This document shows, one piece after another, positions 1 to 13,159 of a stretch of 64,000 bases of DNA (within the stretch, counting starts at the first letter, position 1; every line of letters begins with the position of its first letter). The notes beneath the pieces were generated by a model. That model saw only the letters and a program-made list of their open reading frames with translations. It did not search any database and was not told the DNA's origin. The DNA is taken from the NCBI GenBank assembly GCA_964106915.2, contig OZ066916.1; one strand, 5' to 3'. The position numbers and the translations under genes were made by a program. The stretch comes from Podarcis gaigeae (lineage: Eukaryota).

Positions 1-85
1 CCCATCTGCCCCAGCCAGCATGACCAATTGTGAGGGAAACTGTAGTCTAACAACATCTGGAGAACTACGGGTTCTCAGTTCCTGC
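1..85. mobile_element. Short hAT-type MITE fragment (same family as 17565-17703)
   Basis: Shares tgtagt...aacatctgga...ggtt motifs with the other copies. Confidence 0.5.
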
Positions 86-391
86 TATAGACAAAGTGAC
101 CTTTACCGTCGTGACGTATGGCACAGCTAAGCATTCCAGTTAGTCTTCTCCCTTGGAAATGCATTGCAATCTCATTCATACAGTAGACAATTCACCACAC
201 AATTCTCCTGGGATTTCCTTTTATATGGCATTCTTTATTGAGACAAGAAGGATTTCCTCATGGAAACTGTAAGTCATTGCCCCACCTTTTCCCCTCTAAA
301 CCTGGTAGGTTAGGAGATGACCGTTCCATTCAACTCTCAAACCTCAAGGTAGTTTTGCTAATAGATATGTATTGCCATCTTCCATTTGCAG

Positions 392-589
392 AGATTTATT
401 GTTGTGGGTTGTTAAGTGCAAGAAAAAGTGACTGCACAGGCCTGCCGCCATCTATGCTAAATAACCCAGATGCTCCTCAGTCTCGAGGACAATATAGGAT
501 AAAGATGAAAGGAAACATGTCCTTGATCTGCTGGTACAATAAAGGCTACTTTCGGTTTTTGACCAACGCTTATTCTCCAATTCAACAAG
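392..589 (+). CDS. PGBD5: PGBD5 third-from-last coding exon ([67 protein letters not shown])
   Basis: Translation matches vertebrate PGBD5; acceptor ttgcag at 386-391, donor gtaagg at 590; 198 nt, phase 1 to phase 1. Confidence 0.96.
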
Positions 590-842
590 GTAAGGGCTCA
601 GAGATGCTACATTGCTTGGGGGTGGGACCTGGACCTCCAAAACAAGTTATGAACCCAGGGCAATTAAGGGTCAAACTAGATAGGACATTAACTGTGTCTT
701 TGCATCCAACATGCAAATTCTGCCCCCCTCCCCCTAAAAAGGGAATAGCACCAGCTCTGGAGGGTTGATAATTATCAGGATCAGAGCATACTGCATGTTA
801 ACCACAAGTGACAACCAACATGTTTCTTTTTCATTGAAACAG

Positions 843-948
843 GTGTCATAATTAAGAGAAAAAGTGGAGAGATCCCTTGCCCGTTGGCAGTAGAAGCCTT
901 TGCTGCTCATCTTAGTTATATCTGCAAATATGATGACAAATACAGCAA
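843..948 (+). CDS. PGBD5: PGBD5 penultimate coding exon ([36 protein letters not shown])
   Basis: Acceptor aaacag ends at 842, donor gtaagc at 949; in phase with both neighbours; not shown in the ORF track. Confidence 0.96.
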
Positions 949-1839
949 GTAAGCAAGTCGTGGGGTGGTGGGAACTTGAGGATGAATGCCATACTGTTGG
1001 AATAAGGGTACTACTTTCAGAAGAAAGTAGATACCTGACTTTGCCTTCACTGACTCCAGCATGGACAACAAAGCCAAGCATAAAACTTCATTCCCAACTT
1101 GTCTGAATATCTTCTAAGAGAGCTGGGTCACGGCAGGGATGTTTTTCAAACAGCTTATCTAAGAACCAGATATAGGCACTGTCCCTCAATAATTACACCC
1201 TGAGCTTCAGTGTGGATTTGTGGCTAAGAATAAAAATTGGTTTCTACCACATAGAAACAGCATATTTCCAATGTGCAGAAATGGCACGTAGCACACCCCT
1301 CCCTGGGTTGTAGTACTTCACACTGCAGCTGAGGGACCACATTTTTACATGTCCCCCCATGTGAAAAGCTTATTGTACTTGGAAAACTATTGGGTCAGGA
1401 AATTTTACCCTTTTCAACTGCTTTTCAGTTCTGAGATACATTTGCACAGGGATAAAAATACTCAGAGGTGACTCAAGACATGCTGTGGGAGACCCATGGC
1501 TGGTTTTCCTAACATTTTCCCCACTTTGGAGAAGCTATGGGGAATTTGAATTTTGTTTAGAGTAGAGGAAGAGGGAAACAGTGCATTTAAAGCTTTCACC
1601 AGTACTACAGTTCTGCCAAAAAATCCCTCCCCCCCCCCCCCGTGCCTGTTCCTTTTTGTTCTGAGATAGAAACTTCCATTGGTGTTGTAAGTGGTTTTCC
1701 TCCACAGCCCTACAGCAATTTGTGAGGTGGAGTTGTCAAAGGGGTTTAAAAAAGCCTTTCCCCCCCTTCCTACTCCATGGTTCTAATACTGCTTCCCAAC
1801 CCAGCTGCTGCTGTTAAAGGGAGGAAACTGACAGCTTCT

Positions 1840-2200
1840 TATTTATTTATTTTGACGATGTAATAATCATAAATAAATAATAATAAAAATGTGCACCCCA
1901 CCACCAAGACCATTCTATTGTAACTATCCAACATCCCAAAATTTCAACAACTCTTGCAATGGTTTGACCCCCTTCCGTTTGAACAGTACAAATTCTGCAA
2001 TATCTCCTCAAAATCATTTCTCCTTCATATTCCCCGTCTTACCTTAATGGCACATGTTAATTTATCATTAATAGCCATATCCCACACCTCTTTATACCAT
2101 TCTTCCATTTTATATTCTGCTTGCCCTTTCCACTTCCTAGCTATAATAATTTGTGTAGCTGTCAATAAGTTTGTGAGCAAGTCCTTCATAGCCTGAGAAC
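1840..2200 (-). mobile_element. 3' end of an L1/Tx1-clade LINE (ORF2 C-terminus plus A-rich tail)
   Basis: Peptide LLTATQIIIARKWK...EEWYKEVWDMAINDKLT resembles non-mammalian L1 ORF2 C-termini; (TTTA)n tail at about 1840. Confidence 0.6.
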
Positions 2201-4745
2201 CTTCCACCAAACAGACTTCTTAAACACATTGAATCTTTGACTGTCTTAGTCATACAATCTAGGAACCAAGCTGGGCAATTCTTTCAGATTGTTACAAGAT
2301 GGTTTCCGCCACATGGTGTCTAGGTTCCAGAGCAGCTTCAGCTCAACCTTTGTCACCACAAGAAGGTATCAGGTAGAATGCATAGCTCTTCAAAACCAAA
2401 GTAAACCTTTTGCAACTCAGCAAAGCGTGCTTACGGCCCTTTATATGATAAGTCAGAACCGGAGCTTGTGATAGGCCAAATGGAACTGGCCACGGTGTTA
2501 ATCACTCAGTGGCAAACACCCCCCTGCCTGGCAACAAGCTGATTAGCATTTCAATTGGGAATTCCAGGAAGGGAAAGGCAACCTGGCCAGAATTCAGTTT
2601 TGCTTCTTGGCTGTGACAGAAAGAATTAAATCAAATAAATGCTACATATAGATACACTATTAGTAGAATTGGCTGCTTTGCAAGGTTTGCTGGCTCCCAA
2701 AATGGAGCTTAGGCACTGTAAAATGGCAGCAACCATGACACGCAAACTCAAGATAATCACCATTAGAGAGTGTAGTTTTATTTATTACCATGGTTGATTT
2801 CTGTTCCATGCTTTAACTTGTTTCCACACAGAATTAGCCTATCCTTTTCTCCCATCTAAAGGGATCACTGTTTTATCCTGAACAGGATTGTGGCACCCTA
2901 AAGGAGCTACCAGCATGGTCCTGTCTTGTTATTCGTTTAAATAATCTGTGATTATATATTTAAACTTATTTCCAACCCACCTGTCATCACATACCGGTAC
3001 CAGGGTGAGATAAGATTTTTTATTTAAAAAAATCAATTACAAACAATGAACAAGCAATAAGTACAGGAGCAGATGAGAGCACAAGAGTCAGTAACAACAG
3101 TATTGAAATCTAGCCAGTTTTCCACACAAGCCTGGAGGAAATCTTTCAGCAAATCTTTTGAACATGTGACACAATTCTTCTACATTGTTTACAGTTTTGT
3201 ATAGATGACACAGATTTAGAAATGGCCATTAACTTAGACAGCAACCAGCGATGTCAGTGGTACCACCAAGGCCATCACCAAGTGTCCAGAAGGCATCAGA
3301 GCCTCTACTTCTCTTACTGCCCCACTGGTCATGAGGTGGAGAGGAGGATTACTTTTCTCTCTCTCCTGAAAAGTAAATAGAGCTGAAGGAGGAAGTTGGA
3401 AGTGTGGCACTCTTTCCCACTTCCTCTTGCAGCTCTATGTGTCGTTCAAGACTCAGCTTAATCCCACGGGATCTGACTTTCACCCGTTTCTTTTGGAAGA
3501 ACAAAGTGTGTGCACATGCACTTCCCTGTTTCCATGGGGAATGGGGAGAGAAGTGACCAGAGTGGTGACCATCATATTCATTCAAAAATCCAAATTATGT
3601 TCACAAAACTCAACTGTTCCCTAATCATTCTCTGGGTGATTTAATAAAATGTGGATGTGAGCAATTATGACTAAAGCTTACATGTTACATGCAGGTCAGA
3701 GAGGCTCATCTGTTTAATAGATGTTGTATGCAGAGATGGTAAACCTTGAGTCTCTTCCAGAATTACGGTTCCAAGTTGACACTTGCCACTCTTCTCTGTT
3801 CACAAGGTTTCTAACCTACTTGAGTAACAAAGCAATAGTTTGTTAAGAGGGCTACTTTGGTTAACTTTTTCTACAAAGGATATATTTGTGGTATAGTGTT
3901 TAAGGAAGTGCATAGTGCTTTTATTTTCTTTCTGTCTAGTTTTGCATGTTATGTTTTCAAATTTGAAAATAGGGTTTCTTTACCTGCACAGTAAAATGAT
4001 AAAGTCCTCAAAGAACTACCCAGTATCCATTTTTCATATAGAAGAACTAGCTATTTGGTGTATCTGGGACAGTTAAGCCCAGCCTTTGTGCTCAGAGGCT
4101 GTTCCCTATCCCGATTCAAATAAAATGCCATGGCAAGCAGTTTCCAAGTACAGGAGCCTCCCTGTTCCATGGAGTAAAAAAAGGGAGGAAAGTTCTCACT
4201 CTGGTCTTCTTTGGCATAACTTCAGTGTCTTGGGGGCTTAGCTGAAAAAGAAAGGACACAAATAGTGACAGCACAGCTGCGAAAGACAGACAGTGGAACC
4301 GGAAACTCTGTGAAGAAAATAGGATTGCAGGCTGGGAAATGGGGCAGAGGATGGGGGTGAAGAGGCATCCATTTGGCCGAGGTTCTACAGGAAAGGGAAA
4401 GGACTTGGCAAAAACAAATTTGGGCAGCCTTTCTATAGGCTGCTTCTTCAAGGGCCATTATGCCAATCTCTTAGAAACTGAATCCCACCCCCACCCCCCC
4501 AACAACAACAAAATGGTTCCCTGTGGTCACTTTAGTAGGTGTGTCCCAACCAAAATACTGGTCTGGAATACACAAGTGGTAGAAAAGTGAAAAAGTGTTC
4601 TTGTTTTATGGCATTGCCATTTTATTTTCACCAATGCCCTAAAAAGGCCTCTTAGAAAAAAGAGAGAAAGATGCTATCTTCATCTAAAGAGAGACGAGAC
4701 CTTCTTATAAATGGGCTACTTCAGTTGAAGTATATCCAAACATAG

Positions 4746-4879
4746 GTTGCATATACATCAGGCACATTACTTTCCCCAAAGAATTCTGGGAGCTGTAGTT
4801 TGTCAACAGTGTTGGGAATTGTGCCTCTAAGAACTACAGTTCCCAAGATTCTTTGGGAGAGGAATGGTGTGTAGGCAAC
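4746..4879. mobile_element. Short fold-back MITE
   Basis: Internal inverted repeat ccccaaagaattctgggagctgtagtt / aactacagttcccaagattctttggg; degenerate termini gttgcatatacatca / tggtgtgtaggcaac. Confidence 0.55.
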
Positions 4880-5407
4880 TATAAAGTCATTTTATAAGAA
4901 TCCTTATGGATTTCTGTATTGGCCCCATTATAGGCAAATGGCAGGAGTTTAATGAAGATTTTTTCAAAACAGCCAAAGAAAGAACCCATTTCGTGCAATT
5001 TAAATGAAATTTGTAGGCTTGAATGTGTGTTTATAAAGTATTTCCCTGAAGCAATTTTTTTTGTAATCAAAATACCCTCAGCCTCTTAGTGAAAGAGCAA
5101 GAATATAAGCAATCGAAAGCAGCCCTTCGAAATAGTTAACAGCGTGCCCAGTACACTCACGCTTGAAAGCAAATGCTAAGTCTGCACAAATTAGGGAGCA
5201 AATAGAAGAAAGGTGTTTGAGTCATCCTTTATATTGAGCGAAAAGCAAGTGTAGTTTGGGTCCAGTGTAGCAGGTACTAACTGCTGCAACTCTTCATTCA
5301 TTTTAAATAAAATAGTGGGGCATAGACACGTGGAGATTTTGTTCCCTCCATCTCACTCACATTAAAACTAGAAAGTGGTAGCGGGGGGGAATCAAACTTA
5401 CAGTAGG

Positions 5408-5409
<2 letters not shown>

Positions 5410-5440
<31 letters not shown>
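5410..5440. repeat. (GT)n microsatellite
   Basis: Direct reading. Confidence 0.95.
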
Positions 5441-5442
<2 letters not shown>

Positions 5443-6805
5443 CACACAAAACTTAACATTGAGCAACAAGTGCATGGAAGTAGTTCAACCCTTTGGATGA
5501 ATTTGTTATTTAATAGCAGCTCTATCTCATCTCCCCAGAAGATCTTGCTGCTCACAACATCAACCAGTATACAACATTCCTGTTTATTTCACACATGATT
5601 TTTTCAGTTGACCATGAAAGCATCCCTAGTCAGACACCACATAGGAAGATCCTGGTTTTAGACAAACTTTTGGGGCATGGCTGACTTCACTGGGGTGCAA
5701 TTCTAGAGCTCTTCCATGACCTATTTACACATGGAGCTTGTTGAAAGGTGACTGAAGAACATTTTGTACCGAGAGAGGAAAACTGTCATGAGAGGACGTG
5801 TCATGTCAGGATACTGCAGTTTAGAAGAAAAGCTCATAAATTATGTTTGACGGGGGAATTGATTCCTTTTACTTCTCCAAGTCACAGCACAAAGTTAAGG
5901 TACTGTGCTAGGCACTGAAATCAGGAACCGTTTAGTCTTAATCTTCTCCCATATTTATAAAAAAAATCCATTTAAAAAAAATTCAAAGCAGTTTACCAGT
6001 TAAAATGAATACAAAAATGTAAACCTTATCACCAGCCAACTGTTTTGGAAAATACTTTTCTCAGTTGTCAGCATAAGCCTGGCTGCCAAGAAAAGTCTTT
6101 GGCAAACATTTAGAAGTTAAAACAAAAGGTGCTTGTGGAATCCCTGTTGGAGAAGCATTCCACAGGAGAGGGTCAATAACACGGAAGGCTTGGTTTTGTG
6201 TTGATGTCAAATGAGCGTCACCAACAATCCCTAAATCCTGTACGAAATGTCCAAGGCCAATCACATGAAAACAGTTGGCACTGAACAGTGTTTTTGCATT
6301 GATGCTTTTCAGGCAACACAAAATGTGCTTTCTCAGGTGCAGAATTCAATGGGCTGCTCTTCAGCAGCAGTGTCCATGCACCAGTGTGTGCTATGAGAAA
6401 ATCTAGCAATATCAAACATCATTTTTGTCAGTCTCTGCCATTCTAGTTTAAGCTGCCTGTTGGTCCAAAAAGCATTAGGAGCTTGGGATTGCCAAACAAA
6501 TACCGTCCTTTCTGGTGGCTATGTTGCTGTGGCAGAATAAAGTCCTCTCTCCCAGTTCACCAGCCTATGGAGAAATTGGCAAGAGTCATTTCTTTAAATA
6601 TTTTTTACCATCCAACCAACAACCCCCCTATTCCCACTGCCATTCATTGCCAGATTTCTTAAGTGTAAGACATAGACAGACAGAACGTTCTTCTGTCTTG
6701 TGTATAGATTCTGTCGTTTTTAGGGCACAGACCCTTTACCTTATCTCAGAAACGTTTTCATGACTGTTTGATTCCCTCCCATCCCCTTTTTTGTGTGCTT
6801 TCCAG

Positions 6806-7001
6806 GTATTTCATCTCTCATAAACCAAACAAGACCTGGCAGCAAGTGTTCTGGTTTGCCATCAGCATTGCCATAAACAACGCCTACATCCTATACAAAA
6901 TGTCCGACGCCTATCACGTGAAAAAGTACAGCCGGGTGCAGTTCGGCGAGAGACTTGTCAAAGAGCTACTGGGATTGGAGGATATTTCACCTTGCCATTG
7001 A
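6806..7001 (+). CDS. PGBD5: PGBD5 last coding exon ([64 protein letters not shown])
   Basis: Polypyrimidine tract and ccag acceptor ending at 6805; AA|G completes Lys; TGA at 6999-7001; matches the PGBD5 C-terminus. Confidence 0.96.
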
Positions 7002-8358
7002 TGCACCATTCCCCGTGGCTTAGGTCAGGAGCGGGGAAGAGGAGGAAGACGGCGACAACTCTGGAACGCCAAAGTGAGGACCTTGCAATCACAGCAGCCA
7101 TGCTGCTCCCCCATGTGACAAAGTGACCAGGGAAACCATGAATGTGGTGTGGTGGGCTTTGATGAAGGCCCCACCAGTATCCCTAAGGCCCTAAAGAGTG
7201 CCATGGGCACTTAACGCATCAGAAGCAAATTTAAGTTAGCAGCTGTTTCTTAATACTATTTGTTAAACAGGGTGTTAATTGTCACATGAGGCCCCTTTCC
7301 CTGTCCTCTCCCAAACTGAGGTGGCTCAATTGTTCAGACGGGGCATTACTGTAAAGCATATTCAGTTTTTTAAAAATGTGTGATCCACGGTGTCCTGTGT
7401 TTGCAGATGCTCAGCGCCTGGTGAGAGGTCACGGAGAGGTCGCTAAACAGAGATACTGAAAAATGTATAAATCTATTTTGCAAGCCTATGGTTAGGCAAC
7501 GGCAGTGGGGACTTAGATGACTGACGAAGATTTTATTTTCTTGCAATGCTTTTGGATTGTAGGAGGGAATATAATTTAGGAGGGGAAGAAAAAAAACAAA
7601 ACAATTTTTTTAAATATAAAGGAATAGCCAGAAATTGGTGGCTTTGCCTATCAAAGCTAATGTCATTTCGCCTTAAAGTCAGTGTGAGCTTTGAGGCTAA
7701 CTTCAGTGATGCCATAATGCGAGAGATTTAATTTAATTTTAAACACAGTATATTCTTTTCCCAGCATCAAAGCACACTAATACAAAAGATAATCTAACTT
7801 TTCGTTAACTTTTAGTATCTGCAAACATACACAGGATCCCACAGCACAAGCAACAATGAAAAAAGCAGAACCAGAGGCTTCCCACTGCTCTTTCTTTGCA
7901 GATGCATATCCCATATCTGAATTTTTCATTAAAATACTGCTGACAGCACATAATGCACTATTGCGCAAGAGCATCTTTGGATTTGGACCATAATGTAATG
8001 CACTACCCCTCCACCGCACCCTCCTGGTAAAGACTGTTTTAGCATACCTTTTAGTTAATATTTGCACAAACCTGGCAGGAAATAATAGTTCAACATGTTT
8101 TGTTGTGTGCTCAGGGTGTGGTCCTGTAAGACTTCTTTGAAGTGGAGACTTCCTATAATAGTTACACATTTGCAGAAATTACACATCTGGAAAAACCATG
8201 TACTGAGGTTTTGAAATCAACCACGATCCAAGCACCTATAGCTCTCACAAGGGCAACATGACAAATAGGTGGATTGTGAGTAGGGAGGCTACTTGGAAGT
8301 TTATGGTACTAGTGGCCAAGAGTTGCAAGAGGACACAATAAAAGGCTTTCATTAAGGT

Positions 8359-8460
8359 AGGGATGGCCAACCTATTGGTCTCTGCTCCCATCAGCCCCAG
8401 TGGTGATGGGAGCTGTAGTACCACAAATACCTGGAAGGCCATAGGTTCCCCATCGCTTGC
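8359..8460. mobile_element. Short hAT-type MITE, degenerate
   Basis: tagggatggccaacct...gggagctgtagt...ctggaaggccataggttccccatc; same family as 17565-17703. Confidence 0.5.
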
Positions 8461-9745
8461 ATAGAGCATGAGCTCAGTATAAACACCTTCCATCAGCAAA
8501 GCGGCAAGATCTCCTCTGGGAAAGTGTATTCATGGGCTTTCCAAGGAGGGCCTGAATTCTTCTACACTCACTGGCACTAGTGGTTTTTAAGGGCTAACAT
8601 TCCTGAGAGATGGGGAGGGGTAGCTTGTTTTACCCAGAACTCATCCTCTCCTAAAGGCCATACCATAGAGCAAGGAAATCTGGCTGCATTATAACTCCTT
8701 AAGGAAAACCGTGGTACTATTATATGGAGAACGTTCCACCCACCCATTCTTTACATAGTCAGGGATGTAGCCTGACAGGATGCTGTTCTTGCAGCCTCTC
8801 AGCCCAGTAAGATTACTAGAGAGTATACACACACATATGAATTTCCCTGTAGAAAATAGTAATGCAGAAAGGCTCTCCTTTCTGTTTTTCTCAATTCAGT
8901 AAATGAGGCTCAACTCAGCGGTGTCTGATTCCAGGGTCAATTCCTGCCTCTGCCCTCTTTTTCCTCCCCCTGGAGTCCTACAGTGCACCAATTTGAAAGG
9001 TGAGTGAAGCGAATAAGGCTTCATGGCAGACTTCCTACTTATTCTGAAGGTTTCTGTATTAAATAATCTTCCAAATATGTTGCACCCAACCAGTAATGCT
9101 TCTTCTCTTACATAGACACAAGTTAAATTCCCACTGGAATTAAGGACTCCACAGAGTTCAGTGTGGGTCATAGGATCAAGATATACTTACTAGAAATCTA
9201 TAGCAACAGCCAGTCAGATGTTTTAACAAAATTCTTTTCTTGTATAAAAATTTCCACCAGGTCTTAGTTTGGCCTCAGGGATTGGCCCCTGATATTTTTT
9301 TTTCCTTGTAGTTAACACTGGTTATTAGATTGTACAGCTTTGGAGTGAGAAAAAACAAAATGGCAGCCATATATTGTTCAGTTCCCACCTAGACACCCTA
9401 CTCATTGGCATGTGATGGTTTCCTAAATGCGTTTCAAAAATATATTATTACACTCACCCAACTATTCTAAGTTGTGAAAAGGTCCAGCAGTATAGAGCTT
9501 GGATTCCTTTAGGAGGAGGTCAGCCACTGGAGGTTTACTGCTGTTTTCTAATGTTTACATTCATTTACAAATATACATCTTGAGCTTAAACACTCCAAGA
9601 GCGTGCCAAAGCCCACTGCTCTGCTGTCAGGTCTTGGGAGATAAACAACACCCTGGGAAGCTTACAGAGCCCTAACTCAGCTCTTTGCATCTGGGTGTCC
9701 TCAGCCTCAGTTCTATGCATGCTTACCTGAGAGTAAGCCCCAATG

Positions 9746-10173
9746 AGAGGAATTCAATTCATTTTGCATTCACCTTTAAACTACCTAATTTGCACTTTTT
9801 TTGAACGATATGTGAACTGAAAAACAGTAATCCTCCAAGATTCACACTTTGAATTTTGCAGGGCAGTTGTGTCAAGTGATGTGTACAGAAAAGCATATTC
9901 TAGGGTAAAATGGGCATAAAAATGCATATATTCATGAAAATAGCATACGCAAATGCTTTTTATCAGGGGAAACTGCTTTGCCAAAAAATGTGTATATTAG
10001 TTAAAATTGCATACAAAAATGTGTTCATTTGGAGAAATGCATACTAAAATGCTGACAAAATTTTATTAGGTTTTTATTTTAAAAAATCACAGGTTGCAGG
10101 AATATGTAGAACTGAATTTAAGATTTAAATTTAAGAGGAACTTTGAGAACTGGAACTGATTTGTCTATTCCTA
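9746..10173. mobile_element. AT-rich hAT-like MITE nested in an older short element
   Basis: Colinear with 12805-13537 (ctacctaatttgcact, aaaatgcatatatt, gcaaaattgcatacaaaa); splits a ctatgcatgcttac...aggattgca element (about 9706-10228). Confidence 0.55.
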
Positions 10174-13159
10174 GTCCCCGGGAACCCAATGAGACTTATT
10201 TCTGAGTGATATATATAGGATTGCACTGTAAGGTACTAATAATCTAACTGCACAAAAATGTTGTGGCCAACTCAGACTCCAGTCAGCCTTTGGGATGAAG
10301 CCAGAATTTAATTCCTCCTCTCCCTCTTTCCCCAATTAATCAGACAAAAGTGCTAGGAAGTTATCTGAAAAGGGCTGTGTCTATTCACCTTCGCTAGACT
10401 ACTCTCAAAGAATTTGACCAGGACATAGATTTAAATTCCTCCCACTGAGATCAACAGAATTTGAAAGTGTTCCATTTCTGACTAGATCATGAGGGCATCA
10501 CTATTGTGTGCTTGAGTTTCTGCAAGATACTGCATAAAGGATGGAAGTCTTGCAAGCCAACATCTGTAATGCTGGTGAGTTGGGGAAAGCAAGTTGATTC
10601 CTATACAGTTTCAGCTCATTCTTTGCCAACATGAGAAATATGAACCTGCCCTTCCCAGCTGACCAGCATTTTATATGTTGGACTGTAAAACCTCCTTCTT
10701 GTTTAGGATTTCAACCTATGCATAGGTCCCACTGAACGCACTGGGATTTACTTCTGGGAAAGCATACACAGGCATTTGGCTATTATTTCCTCTGGATAAA
10801 ATAGTAACTATGTTGATCTGCTATATTAGTAACCACGTAAGCACTCAGCAGGGATCTTTGCCAGTCTCATGTCTGGGAGCTGTTCAACAAAGGGGGGCAG
10901 AAGCGAATGAAACATTCTTATCACATGCTGAATGCCACAAAAGTCAAGTTGACCAAAGAGATGGAAGAGTGAAAAGGCTGCCTGTTTGAGGTAACTGGTT
11001 TTCCCTCTGCTAATGTCTGTCACTCAGCACTAGAAGGAGACATGGAAGCAACCGTCTGCATGTGTAACTGATACAGGGACACATCTGGACGTAGCTTTCC
11101 ATACATTTTGATGCTTATCCGGAACCCATTCATAGGTGCAACCCCTCCCCACCAATTGCTGCATGTACACAACATCCTACTCAGGCCTAGAGTTGGATCA
11201 GGGCCTTTGGGCATTGTTGCAGCTCAGCCATTCAACATGGGAAAAAAGTTGTCATGGCAATGCAAGATATAAACCACACACCATGCACAATAAATTATCC
11301 TCTGAGTATCGTGTCGCCATGCTCTGTTAAGATGTTCCTTTGACTATTGTTTATTATTATGGAATGGAACATCTTCCTGCTCATGAGTGTTGTTCGGGAA
11401 CTTTTTTGAAAACTCTGAATGCTTAGTGGGACACTGACTCCGGACTGCCCCCCCTTTCCCATTTATATGTTTGACAATTAAATGGTGGGGGGTTAAAGCA
11501 TAAACCTGATGGGCTCCACTTTTTGCTCTTCCTAGCCATCCCTTCCAGGCACTACTTTTGTTCGGTTTAAAAAAACCCACAGAAATCCTTGTTCCTACAT
11601 GCAGTTCTCTTGTGCCATTTAATAATTGATTTGGGGATCTCACGATTTTTCGTTCTTGTACATTTATGAGGATATAGCTCCCTAAAGTTTAGCAAGAGGG
11701 CAGCAACTCAAAAAGAAGCCACTTTAGAACTTTTAATTGATGCTTCCCTACAGAAGGCTTTGTTCTGCTAACAGGTGCTTAGCAGAATCTCATCTGACCT
11801 GGCAGTTAATGAGACCTCTCCTAGCTTCTTCCTGTGCTTCCTCCAGGTATGGACTGCCAGTTCTGGTGCTCATTTCAGCAGTGATTCAGGATGAGGCCGC
11901 ATCGTTTCAGCATTTTGTACTTTGATGACACCTCCCAGTCACAGAGTTCAAGAAAGTGCTTTTTTAAAATAAATAAATAAATGCACTAATGAACTATTCA
12001 CTGGAACACATGGAAACGCAAGAGCCTTTTTTTGCCCTATAAAATGTGGAATAGAGAAAAGAAGTTAAGATTAAGAACTGCATTTTAAAAAAAATTACAT
12101 TTCCTGGGTTGGCCACTCACAAATCCACCCTTGAATATTGGAGTGGCTCTATCTAGTGTATATGACGGCCAAGTGTCCACAATTGAGCTTACAGCTTGTT
12201 AGTAGTAGTTTCCATCAATTCTCTTATGAGATCTGGCGGCATTTCTGATGTTTACGACCACTCATTTTTGCATCAGAAGTTATATTCCATGTCCAAGATC
12301 CTAGTGAATCTTAGGACACCATTTTTGACATTCTAGCAGTACTTCTTTACTGCCTTCTGCTACCAATATATGAGCTGGAGGTGTCTCTGAGCATTGCATA
12401 TCTAACATGAAAGCCTAATAAGATGAAAGGGTTGAGCCTGTTGAGCAGCTGGCTGCCTATTCTCTGCAGTAATTCATATTTACTTCTCATGAGCTTCCAA
12501 AGCTGTGTGAGATCTCCATGCACTAGAAAGTTATGGTTCTGAATACTATGTTCAGAATAGACAAAATGCTTTGTGTTCTTTTGGCTGGTAGTGTTTTGGC
12601 TGGTAGTCTTTTCAGTGTTGCCCACTGCAATGGGACAAAATGTAGGCTTTTCAAATAGAAAACTAGCAGAAAGGAAAATGGAAGGTGGCCCGGCTAAGCA
12701 ATCGTTGCCTGCAGGAGCTACCAAGGGCCACAGCCTAATGAAGTGATTGGAAATGAGGACATTAATAAAACTCTGCAGAAATGTTCTTATAGGTGAGGTT
12801 CCAATAGGGGTGGGGTAAAAGTCAGTTCAGTTTGCAATTTAATGCATGCCTACCATAATTCACACTCATTGAAATAATACATGACTAAAATGAAGCTATC
12901 CTTTAAAATTCACACTTCTCCAAATTTTGTGATCTTGTGGTCCAACCAGGAAACAAACAAAAAATCCAAAATACACACATTAGAGGAAATAGCGTATAAA
13001 AATGCACATTAGTGAAAACAACATTAAAAATGCCTTACGGATGGGGAAATCATGTTGCAAAAATGTGTGTCTTGGGCAAGATTGCATATAAATATACATT
13101 AGGAGATGTGCACACTGTGGGCTCATCTCATTTTTGTGGCAATATATATATATATATAT

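Noticed and set aside
238-768. 176-aa ORF as a standalone gene
   Set aside because: Only 392-589 is PGBD5 exon; the rest is intron read-through
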